NCBI GenBank assembly: GCA_965153355.1
Contig: OZ231126.1
Coordinates: 29,016,001 to 29,080,000, forward strand
Reading direction: 5' to 3'
DNA length: 64,000 nucleotides
From: Flaccisagitta enflata
Lineage: Eukaryota
Of this stretch, positions 1 through 64,000 are shown piece by piece. A program made the position numbers and the translations under genes. Position 1 is the first letter of the stretch, and each line of letters begins with the position of its first letter. The notes under the pieces are model-generated. The model was not told where the DNA came from, ran no database searches, and saw nothing but the letters and a program-made list of their open reading frames with translations.

Positions 1-1157
1 ACGGAAGACATGGGCGAGGTGGATGGCGAGGTGGCGGTGGTGGCGGTTTTAGACGCGGTGGTGGCGGTGGCGGTGGTAACGGCGGAGGCCATGGTAATTC
101 ATTGTCATTGTAATAGCTACTAGTTTATCCAGGGACTCGGATCAATATTGTTCTGGTGCGCTGATTTTGGGCAACTGATCTGATCTGATCTGATCTATAT
201 ATACCGTATCTCCCCTAATTAGCGCCCGGGGCGCTTACAAAATTGCAAAATGACATTGCTTTTTTCACCTTCTAATTAGCGCCCCCCTGTAGCATGCAAG
301 ATGATGGATGCGTCTGCATTCACCATCTTATTTGGATATTTTATCTGGATATCAATATCCAGATACATAGTGAATTTATAAGATTTACTACATGAAATAT
401 CCGAATATCAATATCCAAATAAAATATCCAAATAAGCTGATTAATGCAGACACACCCTAAGAAAACAAGGCCGGATACACGGCTACTGAAGTCGCATGCG
501 GGTGGGTAGGGGCCATATTTGAGGTCACCAGATCATTTGGGCAGCAGCGGAGAGGTCAAAGAAATAAAATCATAAAAAAAAGTAAAGTGTGACCGACCGA
601 CCAACCAACCAACCGACCGATAAAGCGGGTTATAGAGTTGCGTGCACGCGACTAAAAATCCTGAAAATTTAAGTAAAACAGAAGATTTAGGATAGGGAAA
701 GATAAAAATATGTGATTTCAATAGAAAAATCCACACATGAAATTAAAAAGATACAAAAAATAAAGATAATTTGTGTATTTATTATGTGTATCTATAATTT
801 TCACTATAATGAAAAACTTAGTTGTGAGGGGATTTTTTTAAAAAAGGGGGGGGCGCTAATTAGAGGGGGGGGGCGTTAATAAGATGAAATACGGTAAATT
901 GATTAGGATGTTGACCTAGTACATTATTCCTCCGACTTGCCCATCTTTGATATATTTCGCGCGACTCAGGTTATCGAAACGGACCTCCAATGTATCCTCG
1001 CAACGCTTGGGGTAACAATAACAACAACCGCGGAGGTTGGAACGGCCCACGAGGTGGCAACATGGGCGCGGGTGTTGGTGGTCCGAGGGGCGGCGGTGGC
1101 GGAGGCGGCATGAACGGCGGTGGTGGTTTAAACGGTCGGAGGAATCAAGACTATTAA
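1..1157 (+). CDS. Last two coding exons (<1-93, 970-1157) of a gene with a Gly/RGG-rich C-terminus (probable RNA-binding protein)
   Basis: Exon 1-93 reads GRHGRGGWRGGGGGGFRRGG..GH, with donor G|GTAATT at 93/94. Acceptor CTCAG|G at 969/970 continues in phase as GYRNGPPMYPRNAWGNNNNNRGGWNGPRGG...RRNQDY-TAA (1155-1157). Family cannot be assigned from low-complexity sequence. Confidence 0.7.
204..894. mobile_element. TA-flanked MITE (Tc1/mariner/pogo-like)
   Basis: TA|CCGTATCTCCCCTAATTAGCGCCC... and ...GGGCGTTAATAAGATGAAATACGG|TA are imperfect inverted ends with repeated subterminal AATTAGCGCCCC motifs. Contains a nested short repeat at ~464-660. Confidence 0.65.
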
Positions 1158-3084
1158 AGACTGCCATCTCCATTTGATACCCTGGTTTTTGTTGCCATAA
1201 ACAAGTCTCGGACTCATTGAGCGGATAAATCAAGATCGAAGGGGGACAAGGTGGTCTAGGTTTTGAACGACTATGCGTCACCTCCGTCCCTCCCGTTTCT
1301 TTTGTCCGTTCATTCTCCCACGGAATAGAAACTCGTTCTTCGTGTCATCTTGTCCCCATATTCGCTCCTACGTCGTGTCAATGAAGAAAATGGTTCGAAA
1401 TCATGACAACCGTGGCAACTCGCGAAGCGACGACGCCGTTACCAATCGGAGCCCAACGTGCGGACGACAGATCAAGCGTTTGTCACTGGTGTTTCTCGAC
1501 GAGTGAAATTTGGAATCGACGCAACCTAAATTGTCGCCGTTCTAATGCGTGCATGAAAACCACTTACTTATCCGTAAAGGGATATTGTATGAGCAGTCTC
1601 GTTAATTTGATCGTCTTTCACATGTGTGCGTGTTGCGCAGAACTGAATTGTCAGCGCTAATTGCGTAGATTCATCAATTCGTATGTCAAGGGTTTTCATG
1701 GTTGTTATGATGATCGTTTTCGCGACCGTTCAGTCAACACACGTCGTAGGATTTTTGTCGCGAGATGTAAGGAGTATCTTCACAATTTGTAGCCTCGAAC
1801 TTTTTATATGTTCTCCTTTTATTCCATCACTTCCCCTCTCCCCTTACCATCTCTCTTTCTTTCTTCCATGTTTCTTCATTATCATGCTTATGAGTTCTGT
1901 TCACCTGAAGAAAGTCTTATTTAGTAAGAGTGGATAATGAACTCTGTTAAGCTTTTTCTTCCTCCCCTCATCTCCGTTATGGGATTCCCTGCCCCCACCC
2001 TTGAATTCATTCATCCACAAGTGGTCTTGAATAATGGGCAACATCTTCCCTGAAATCGGCTATGCCTTGATATGCAAACCCGAAAGTTTCATGCAATACT
2101 TATTCTTGCAAGACCACACACGAATCACGTCACAATTGCTTAAAATTGTTTATTTTTTCTGTCGGCGCTTGCCAATTTTCATCAAGCGAGGCAAGCTGCC
2201 AGGGCCCCGGACTTTGTTGATATTTTTAGGCCTGGGACTACATATTTTTCATATTTTGGTATTTAGTAAGGAGTTCTTTATCTTTTTTGATGCATTCCAG
2301 TTCCATCATTTGTTTCATACCCAAGGTGCCAAAAGAGTAACGATCCTTACGATCTTTGTAAGGATGATTGAAGCTGTGCATTTTGCATTCTGGATGAATT
2401 GTGTATACTAGATTTAACGGAAGGATTGCCTTGGCTACGTTAATTTTGGGAATGAATTTGTATTGAAAGGGGCCTAATGAAGTTGGATTGCTAAGCTGGG
2501 ATTTATTTGTTGTGTTTTAGCTACAGAAAGCTTTGCTGATACGAAAATTTAGAAATGATATCCGTAATTGGATGAGACCGTCGGCCCGAATTTTATTCGT
2601 GAAAGAATTGGCTATCTGAGCTAATTTTACAGTAAACCACTGTATCTCCTTATTCTTCGTTAAATTGAACAAACGTTTCCCTCTTCTATTCATAGGAAGA
2701 GGTATATCATTTCCCTTTTGAACTGTGTTTTTGCGTTTTAAGACTTTTTTGAGGGGGGGGCTCTTACGATCATATATTTGTTCAAAACCATCAAACATTA
2801 AAGAAAAAAAATAAGTTTTGAAATCGTATCTTTCGTCCATTGTTTTACATCGAAATTCTCTTTGTGAATGGATACAGTTAAAAAGAAAATAATAACTCAA
2901 CTTCAAGAACTGGCATGAAAACAATGAGGGTGAATCTACGAACATGCGTGAAAATTGCATGTTGAAATGACAGAGATCTGGCAGCCTGCTAGTAGCAAAT
3001 TGATACATTGAATGCAATAAAAGTAGGCAAGTTCCTCAAGTTAGTTCGATGAGGGCAAGTCTGTTGGCGGATTTTCGACAGATA

Positions 3085-33090
<30,006 letters not shown>

Positions 33091-33698
33091 GATTATGCGC
33101 GGTTGTCTATCAAAGTTGGTTTTTTTTGTTTACGTTTCCGCTTTTTAGTAAGGCAAGTTTGCGCGAGGGCCTTATCACAGGTTACGTGCTGATGGAATCA
33201 TTTTTTTTTTCAGCACAAGTGTACAGTTCTAGAATGGGAAGGAACTGTTTTGTACGTACAACATTCGTATGAAGGCATTTGTGACTAGAGATTTTACAAA
33301 TGAAAGCAAGTTAGGACAAGCAGAATAGAAGTGTAAGCGATACTTCGAGCGAGGCACGATGATGTTGATGAGTGCGAACCTTTGTTTCACACATGCACCA
33401 ATTGCATCATATTTAAACTTTAAATTAAAGTACATTTCGATATCGTTGCGGACGAGAGGACAGGGGCGTACAACTACAACTGCCACCTCCCCAGACACTC
33501 ACACTTCTCCCAATCATCCTGAATGCGCGTTTACACACTTATCAACTCGTGCGTAACGGACAGATGGATAGACGGATGGACAAATCCTTTTACAGAATCG
33601 ATAGTCCACGACTAAAAAACTATTGTTTTTTTCACAAGATGATGGAAGTACATCGCGACCTTTCTTATTAGAGTTTAGCCAAGGGACCAATTTTCAGC

Positions 33699-52875
<19,177 letters not shown>

Positions 52876-53558
52876 GATTCTTGGTCATGTGTCGAAAGAC
52901 TGAAGTTAACAAGTTTCTTATTGTCGCTGATTCTGTTTGCTTGCTTGATATTAAAAGTAGAACATCTGTGGAGAGAAGGAATTCAAATCATAGTGGAGCC
53001 GTGATCCCATTGCGTTATATGTCGCGTTGTTCAGTTTTTTTTTTTTTAATTACATTTTTTAAACACATTATATTCATATAATTCCACTTCTGTATTTATG
53101 ATGCATAATGGATTGTTTGAAACAACTTTTTTTAGTTGCAGACGCAACTCTACAAGAGGCTTTGTCCGTCCGTTGGTCCATCCGTTGGTCTGCCCGTCAG
53201 CACGGGTCGAAAGGTAGGAGAACGAGCGTTTTAGATGCTTTTGTTTTCTGTGTGTATATGGGAGGGGGCATGGGGTGTGGATGGGGTTGCATTCCCCTGC
53301 CCACCCGTCCGCAGCGATATTGTTACCCGCGTCACTTGTTTATGTTGGTTGGAAAAAAGTCGAATTACGTAATTCGAGTTTTTGAAATGTAGGGGAGAAA
53401 TAAAGTTTTCCATTTTCGGTTTAAGGCAATTTTAGAAAGTTGTGCAATTTTGGGGCTGGGAGTATACATTTTTTGATATTCACAGCCAAGAAAGATCTTA
53501 TTTTTCTCTTTCATATGGCGCCAACCAGAAGTCTCTACGATCATTAGTTTTGGCGGTA

Positions 53559-54047
53559 CACTTTTTTTATTTTATAAGAACGTCATTTTTTGAGCAAGCC
53601 TTCAATGTTCTTAAATTTTGAGCGGTTTCAAGGCTTGAACGTTCTTAAATTGTTCTTAATTTAAACACACTTTTTAACCTTCAATTAAGAACATTTTTAA
53701 TTATTTTATGTTTGTTATTAATAAGAAAATGAAGGAAAATGTCAATGAAATAACAAAGCAGCAGGTTTAAACATTATAAGTGAATAAAAAGATTAATAAA
53801 AGTAGAAAGATATATACTATATAAAGTGGAACTTGATTTGCTGAACAGAGTCTCTTGATTTACAAAGAACAATCGATTGAAAAAAGCCCAGAGAAAAAAA
53901 TGTTCTTAAATTTTTAAGATTTTAAGCTTAATTTTCTTAAATTTTTGAAGAAATAAAGCCTTCAATGTTCTTAGCATGTTCTTAAATTTTTGATGATTTG
54001 AAGCCTAAGGTTCTTATAAACTTGGTTCTTATAAAATAAAAAAAGTG
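53559..54047. mobile_element. TA-flanked MITE
   Basis: TA|CACTTTTTTTATTTTATAAGAAC ... GTTCTTATAAAATAAAAAAAGTG|TA; internal GTTCTTAA repeats. Confidence 0.8.
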
Positions 54048-54210
54048 TATGAATTTTTGAATCTTTTTTCATTTTTTTTGCATTTTTGCAAAAATTGATA
54101 TTTTTCAATGATTCCAATTTTCGGCCCTATATAACAATAGGGAAAAGTAAAGATGTTACACAAATTGACTCCAAATTTTATGACGCTAGCTTTGATATTT
54201 TAATCTGCTT

Positions 54211-54282
<72 letters not shown>

Positions 54283-54313
54283 TACTCACACACACTCACA
54301 CACACACACTCAC

Positions 54314-54435
<122 letters not shown>

Positions 54436-55347
54436 CAAGACTAAGAGGAAAAAGTTAAACAGAGAGACATAGATTGAATAACAAAAACAGACAAGCAGTG
54501 AACCAGACGTCATGAGATGCACACACAGAAGGACATGCGCAAAAAAAAAACCCTCCCATTCACGACTTCTTTCCGGTCGGCGAGAGCCGCCTTTATTGGT
54601 AGATGTTTCCAACCAAGCAGATGTTTCCAACCAAGTAGATGTTTTCAACCCAGTAGGTGTTTCCAACCAAGTAGATGTTTCAAATTTTAATTTCAAATTA
54701 TAACCATGTGTACTCTTCCACCAAACGTGAAAAACGCCTGTCATTGTTGATCCCTTACTCATGTCAGTTTCCAGATTACGTTTTGCGAATGTCGCTTTTC
54801 ACTTTTCGTTTCCATCTACAATTTTAAGATATATGTATAAAGAGCCTCAAATTTGATTCCATGGGACCTTCGATACGTCTTTGATTTTGTTTGCTGCTCT
54901 GCAGCTGCGGTTCCCAGGACGACCGAGGCCGCGGAGCTGAGGATCAATATGAGTCGATATAAGTTTAGCGTGGTTTTGTTTTTTTGTTCTCTCCGAGGTT
55001 GATGGAGAGAGAACTTCATGGTCCTAATTCCTAAATGGACAGAACTTCGTTCGAGGTTTCCCCCAACGCCTTTTCTTTGGACATTACTCATCCCACATCC
55101 CTCCCTGGCTAGTTTCTCTGTAACCACTAACTAATCTCCGCATAAATCGACCCGCATCGGACAGACTGACCGAGACTCCTTCCTGCATCGTGAACCGATA
55201 TCCGGTGTGCAACACCGAGACAGACCGACGAGACAGACAGACAGACAGACAGACAGACAGGGGATTAGTAAGGAGAAGAGAGGGAGAGGTCGAGGAGAGA
55301 CAATGGAGAGAAAAATGGAAGTGTGAATGGAGAACGGGGTAAGAAAT

Positions 55348-55391
<44 letters not shown>

Positions 55392-55704
55392 CGAGGTTAG
55401 ATTCTTTCAGTCAGATTTGGGTGAGCAGACAAAAGAGGTTGAATGACTGGCTAATGCTTTCTTACATTTATAATGTCTTTCATTCGATATTCATTCATGC
55501 CATGGACGAATTATTCATGTCTGTCTCAAATTAGAAATTTTTCCAATTTTTATCAAAGATCGTTTTCCATTGGAATAAAAACGATTTCAAAAAAAGATTT
55601 CTCCAAATTGATAACAAATACAAGGAAAGCGACTCTACTGTATGTTCAATTTGGATTTACTATGATAAGCGACCTATCAGCACTTCTAAGTGGAACACAC
55701 ACAC

Positions 55705-55806
<102 letters not shown>

Positions 55807-56706
55807 GCACACACATACGCACACACATACGCACACACACACACACAGACACCGACACAGACCCCCCCACCCCACATACACACCTTATTTAAGAAATGGT
55901 TACATGTTAAACATTTATTAATAATACGTTACGAATACGTTATGAAAAAAATGATGAATCGTATCGGAAATCGATATCTAGCTATATCTAATAATCGATT
56001 TATAGCTATCTCTTCTCGTATCTATTGGAGACGAGAATCACTTTGATCGTGCAGTAGATCGTATCTAGTTTGTAAGACCTGGATCGTCAGTGGTTACCAC
56101 TAACCCGGCAGCCAGTGTGACACGTTTGGGTGCTTCACATCGCAAAAGTGGATTATTTCCTTTCATCCTCTTTTGTTTTTGAGAGCCTTATTTGTAATAT
56201 TTGTATTTTGCAGTGGGATAAAAAAGTATGCTGATCTTTTTTGAATTAGCTTTTACAAATTTCTGCTCTTTAAAGAATTGTTAATCTGCCTTTTTACAAG
56301 CTCTTTCGTAACTTATGCTGTGATATTTTAATTTGTTTTTTAAAAAACCATGATTTTCTAAAACTAACAATTGTTCCTTTTGTAACAAGCTGGTCCGAGC
56401 GTGAAACCGGAAGTTCGTTCCGGTTGCGGAAAAAGGGCAGGGTCGGCCTAAAACGATAATGGGCTGCTTGACCATGACGGTAACGGTATTGAGGAGAAGA
56501 AGAAGAAGAGTAAGAAGAAGAAAAAGAAAAAGAAGAAAAGAAAAAAAAAGAAAAGAAAAAAAGAAGAAAAGAAAAGAAAAGGAGAAAAAAAAAGAAAAGA
56601 AGAAAATGATGAGAAGAAAAAAAATGGAAAAAATGAAGAAAAAAGAAAAAGAAGAAAAGAAAAAAAGAAGAAATAAAAGAAATAAAAGAGGGAAAAAAAG
56701 TAGAAT

Positions 56707-56776
<70 letters not shown>

Positions 56777-57396
56777 CCCCTGCCCCTGCTTATATCACCT
56801 TGTCTGTCTGTCAGTTTCTCCATCAGTCTGGCAAGTGATATGTCCACCTTAAAAATGTGAGGTTGTCCAGCGTATTTTTGAAGTTGTAACCAAAGATGAG
56901 TAAATACAGATACTTATACAGGTGATTGTTGAAGACCCGTCCCATACCGTACCGTCCCCGACACGATATTGCAATGAATTGCATCGCTACGCCACGCGGC
57001 AGAAAATAGCGTTGTTGCAACGTCCACGGGATAGAGGTTTACTGCAGTGTCACGCTCGGCCCAGGTAACAAGACTACACAGGATTTTGCTGAATTCCGGG
57101 AAATCTGAGGAAACTTTAAGGCCAAAACAAAAACGGAAGATGAAGGAATTTTGAAAAAAAGAAAACGGTCATCTTCATGATTTCTTTCACTCCGTGTTAG
57201 TGGGACGAGAAGAAAATCAAATTTTTTGCTATGCGGAGCCCCCAAGTGACACGTCTCTTGCGGGTGGGTAGGTTGGCATTGGGAGTACTAATCGGATGTG
57301 ATATGACAATAGTAATAAAATTTTTAGAATATGATATATATGATATATTGCACCTAGAATGTGTGCGCAATATGTGAATCTCTCTCTGTCTCTCTC

Positions 57397-57487
<91 letters not shown>

Positions 57488-60400
57488 AATAACATAACGG
57501 TTTTTAGTCGCGTGCTACGCAACTCTACACCCCGCTTTGTCCGTCGGTCGGTCGGTCGGTCGGTCGGTCGGTTGGTCACACTTTACTTTTTTTATTCATT
57601 TTATTCCTACTAGCTTATTTTAAGTCAAATAGGTCATTTAAAGTCAAATTAGATCATTTTAAGTCAGTTTAAGTCATTTGAGTTATTTTGATAGTTTTCA
57701 TCATTTTAGTGATTTTAGGTCTGTTTAAGTCAATTTAAGTCAGTTGAATAAAATTTCAGTAAATCTAGGTCAATTTAAGTCATTTCAAGTCATTTTATGT
57801 CAATTTAAGTCATTTAAAGTCATTTTATATCAATTTAAATCAATTTAAGTTATTTTAATCACTAAATCATTTTGGTCATTTAAGGTCAATTCATGTCAAA
57901 TTAGGGCATTTTAAGTCATTGTAGGTCGTTTTAAATTATTTTAAGTCATGTTATATAAATTGCATTCAATAAAAGTCATTTTAGTTATGTAGTTATGTAA
58001 TAAAGTAATTACACATTTAAGTCTCGCACGCGACTTATAGGTGTTGGCCTTGTTTACGGCCCCTTTCACTCATAGAATCAATTTGACGGGTTCAGTACGC
58101 AATTCTATCTGAGTGGAAAAGCCCCGCTTATGTAAACTATGTTTCTCATTTCTTACATTCATTGGCAAATACAAACAATGAATTCGGATCGAAGGCTTCA
58201 TTAGTTCCCTGGGAACTGTCATTAACTAAATCCTTTGCATTCTTCCTCGCCTCGAGCTTCTCCCATTTTACAAAATGACAATTCCACGCTTCAATTGCTT
58301 CATCAATCACGTGTGTCCGTTGCGTTGTTGCGTTGTAATTAAAACGGTTTTGAAGCTACAATGGACAAGCACAATGTCAATGTTCAAAACTGATCGATTA
58401 ATGCAAGATGAGAGAGGAGGCTTACGTACCATGGTATATATGGAGACCTATCATCACACATTTACTCTTACACATTACACTTTTTCACTGCTGCTTCATT
58501 ATCGCTAATCAAGGTCCAAACATCCGCACTTCTGTTCTAAAATCTCACTTAAGGTTAGAAACCAAGAGTATAGCAATTATAGCATTAGAGCTTGACCTCG
58601 ATTCTATCCTACAAGGGTGTTGAATTTTGGTAACACAGGTAAAAATCATTACCCCTTATCTATTTTGGTGAGCATTTATGTTTTTGGTTAGACTCAGAAT
58701 GGATTTTTGTTAATTTAGTTTTGCTAAATGGAAAACTAGGAGTGATGCGCGTAGTAACTATAGTAGTCAGTGATGGCTCACAAGGCCCTCTTCCATATTT
58801 TTCAGCTCGGGTATAGTCAGGGATATTGTTCCACCTATCATATAGTTCTGCCTGTATTGATTGTCAATCACAACTCCTCCTCCATCCTGGGACCCACCCT
58901 TCTATGAAAGTGAATTAACAAATCCATGACAATAAAAAGAACTAAACAAACAGAAAAAAGAAAACTGGCAAACAAAAAGAAAACTGGGCTTGACTCAAAT
59001 CACTCCTTTTTAGGTGCGCCATAACACCTCTATAAGAGGCTCTGTCGCTCCGTCCGTCCGTCCGTCCGTCCGTCACACTCGAATGAAAAATAGTTGAAAA
59101 TGTTAGAAATCAGTTGAAAACTCATGCTGAGGATAGGTCTGATAGAGTTAGGGATAGGTCTGAGAATTAATATCGCCCGGCGCACCGTCTTGGCTGAGTA
59201 ACAACCTTCTTTATAACAACCAAGCCAATGTACTCAAGCAACAGAGCAACCTTTAATTAGCATAGATTTTAATTTGTTTATACATTAAATGAAATAAAGA
59301 TACTAAAAATCTATCCTCGAGTCTAGGTCGTCTTTGTTCCCATCGTACTGTAGCTTTTTTTCTTCTGTAATTTATTATCAACATTTTGTTCCTAATTTTA
59401 AATAATTGTTCTCCTTTCCTTCATTCCTACCCTAGATCCCTTTCATTCCAGAGAAAGCAGCAAAAGGAGTGATAGTACAGACATCTTAATCAATCGTTAG
59501 TTGTAACATTTAGAAGATTGTTGAGAAATAAAAATAACAACAGTTTAGCAACGGTTTGAGCCTCATATTGTCATACGAATAACAACATTGAGCCTCAGAA
59601 AAAAATAACCCGTTGTTACTCAGTCAAGAGCGTGTACTACCACTTTCACAATTGAGGAGCATTTTTGCGGACCGGCATTGCTCAATTGTTTTAGGGGCAT
59701 GCAATGAAAATAGTCATAGGTGGCAGTGCAAAGCGGGCAGACAGTTGTTTATTTTGCTGTCAAAAGTTTGTGAAGGGGCCCAAAATTGTTTTTTAACCTG
59801 TAAAACTAAAAAAACAGCTTCATTGATCATTGTTTTTGTTCCGGCGCTACTATATCCGTTAAGGGGCTTTATTTTGCTTGTCCGCTTGAGCTCAATTGTG
59901 TTTGTTGTGAGCTATGAATAAAGGTATGCCTGACTTTTCAGTCAAACAATATGAAATATATGGTCGCTGAAAATACCTTATTTACCCGTGTGTCTTAATC
60001 ATTTTTTGTACAAATATACGATTTACGTTTTACATCTGTCACTGATTGTAAACAAATGAATAAAGTTTCAAATTCCTAGGTAAAAAAAAACTCTTGTTGC
60101 CCATTAAAAGTGTTTTCAGAATTTTTCAACTCCTGAAATCTGGTACGTTTCCCTAAGTAGTGCTCCCAGGCACCACTTAATTATTTCTGTCTGTCCGTCC
60201 GTCCCCCTAAAGTCACTTGGCACAACTAATGGCCTTGTTTGACTGGTCCTCCCCAAAACTTTTTGAGTGGGACTCGAATGAGAAAGTGGGTTTTAGGTGT
60301 GTCGTCGAGTCTCTTGAGTAGGGTGTGTCCGTTGTTGGGTGAGTGTCGGCCGATATTAATTAGCATCGTTAAACGATCCCAATCTTCTTCTCCCACACTT

Positions 60401-60730
60401 GAATTTCGACAGCTAAGCCGTCGAAGGCAGCTCAATATAACCAAGAAGCCTCCAAGGAAAGGATCTCGGCGTCGAAGCCTCTTGTCAACGTCATCATCGT
60501 CGGCGGCGGCTTTGATATCAACCTTTCTTTCCCCCTTTTCTTTACTCTTCTACTTTCCTTTCCTCTTTCCTCCTTCACATCCTCCTACACTCCTTTCTCT
60601 CCTTTTCTCTCTCCCTTTTTCCTTTTCTTTACCTTTTTGTTTTTCTCGTTCTTCCCTTCCTAATCCCCCCCCCCTCTCAATTATATGTGGATAGAAAAAA
60701 AGAGACATTTTGTGGTGATTTAGATTTCCG

Positions 60731-63742
<3,012 letters not shown>

Positions 63743-64000
63743 GTGAGTCCGGTCCTTCAAGGGGTGCCCTCTCATCCAAAGCTACATCCAAACTTACGAT
63801 ACTATAATTTATTCCATGTGCTCTGTGTCCTTTGACTGGCTTGCACAAGCAGATTCAGAGTATCTTTTAGCCTAACCATGGCAAAAAAAAACGGCAAACT
63901 CATCTTTAAACGCAAACCTAATCGCTCTTTTGAAAGTAAACTATAGAAAATCAGTGACCGTTAAAAAGATACTCAAAAGTTCTTCAAAACTAGACCAAGC

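Noticed and set aside
916-1281. 121-aa minus-strand ORF
   Set aside because: Shadow of the plus-strand Gly-rich terminal exon.
2034-3017. 125-aa and 166-aa ORFs between the convergent gene ends
   Set aside because: No recognisable domain or splice support; probably 3' UTR or decayed repeat.

Overview
Repeat-rich genomic DNA from an animal, probably an invertebrate. Host genes reconstructed from GT-AG exons: the last two exons of an RGG-rich RNA-binding-protein gene (+, 1-1157), a complete 4-exon pitchfork/PIFO (CIMAP3)-like gene (-, 3085-33090), a complete 14-exon CFAP58 gene (-, 33699-52875) and the 5' exons of an FCS-finger/MBT gene of the MBTD1/L3MBTL2/Sfmbt group (+, from about 60731). 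The main feature is a 16.7-kb, apparently very young Ty3/Gypsy LTR retrotransposon (9617-26280) inserted antisense in PIFO intron 3. It has 687-bp LTRs that look identical, a TGAG target-site duplication, a tRNA-Gly PBS and a gag/pol -1 frameshift cassette with a pseudoknot. Where env would be, it carries two intact cargo genes: a ~1033-aa protein with a WRN/EXD/Mut-7-like DEDDy 3'-5' exonuclease domain plus a second degenerate exonuclease-like domain, and a 435-aa F-box protein. It also has a 55-aa transmembrane sORF in the leader and three families of repeated covarying RNA hairpins. The rest of the window is MITEs, Helentron-like non-autonomous elements and micro/minisatellites. All calls are by eye; no database searches were run.
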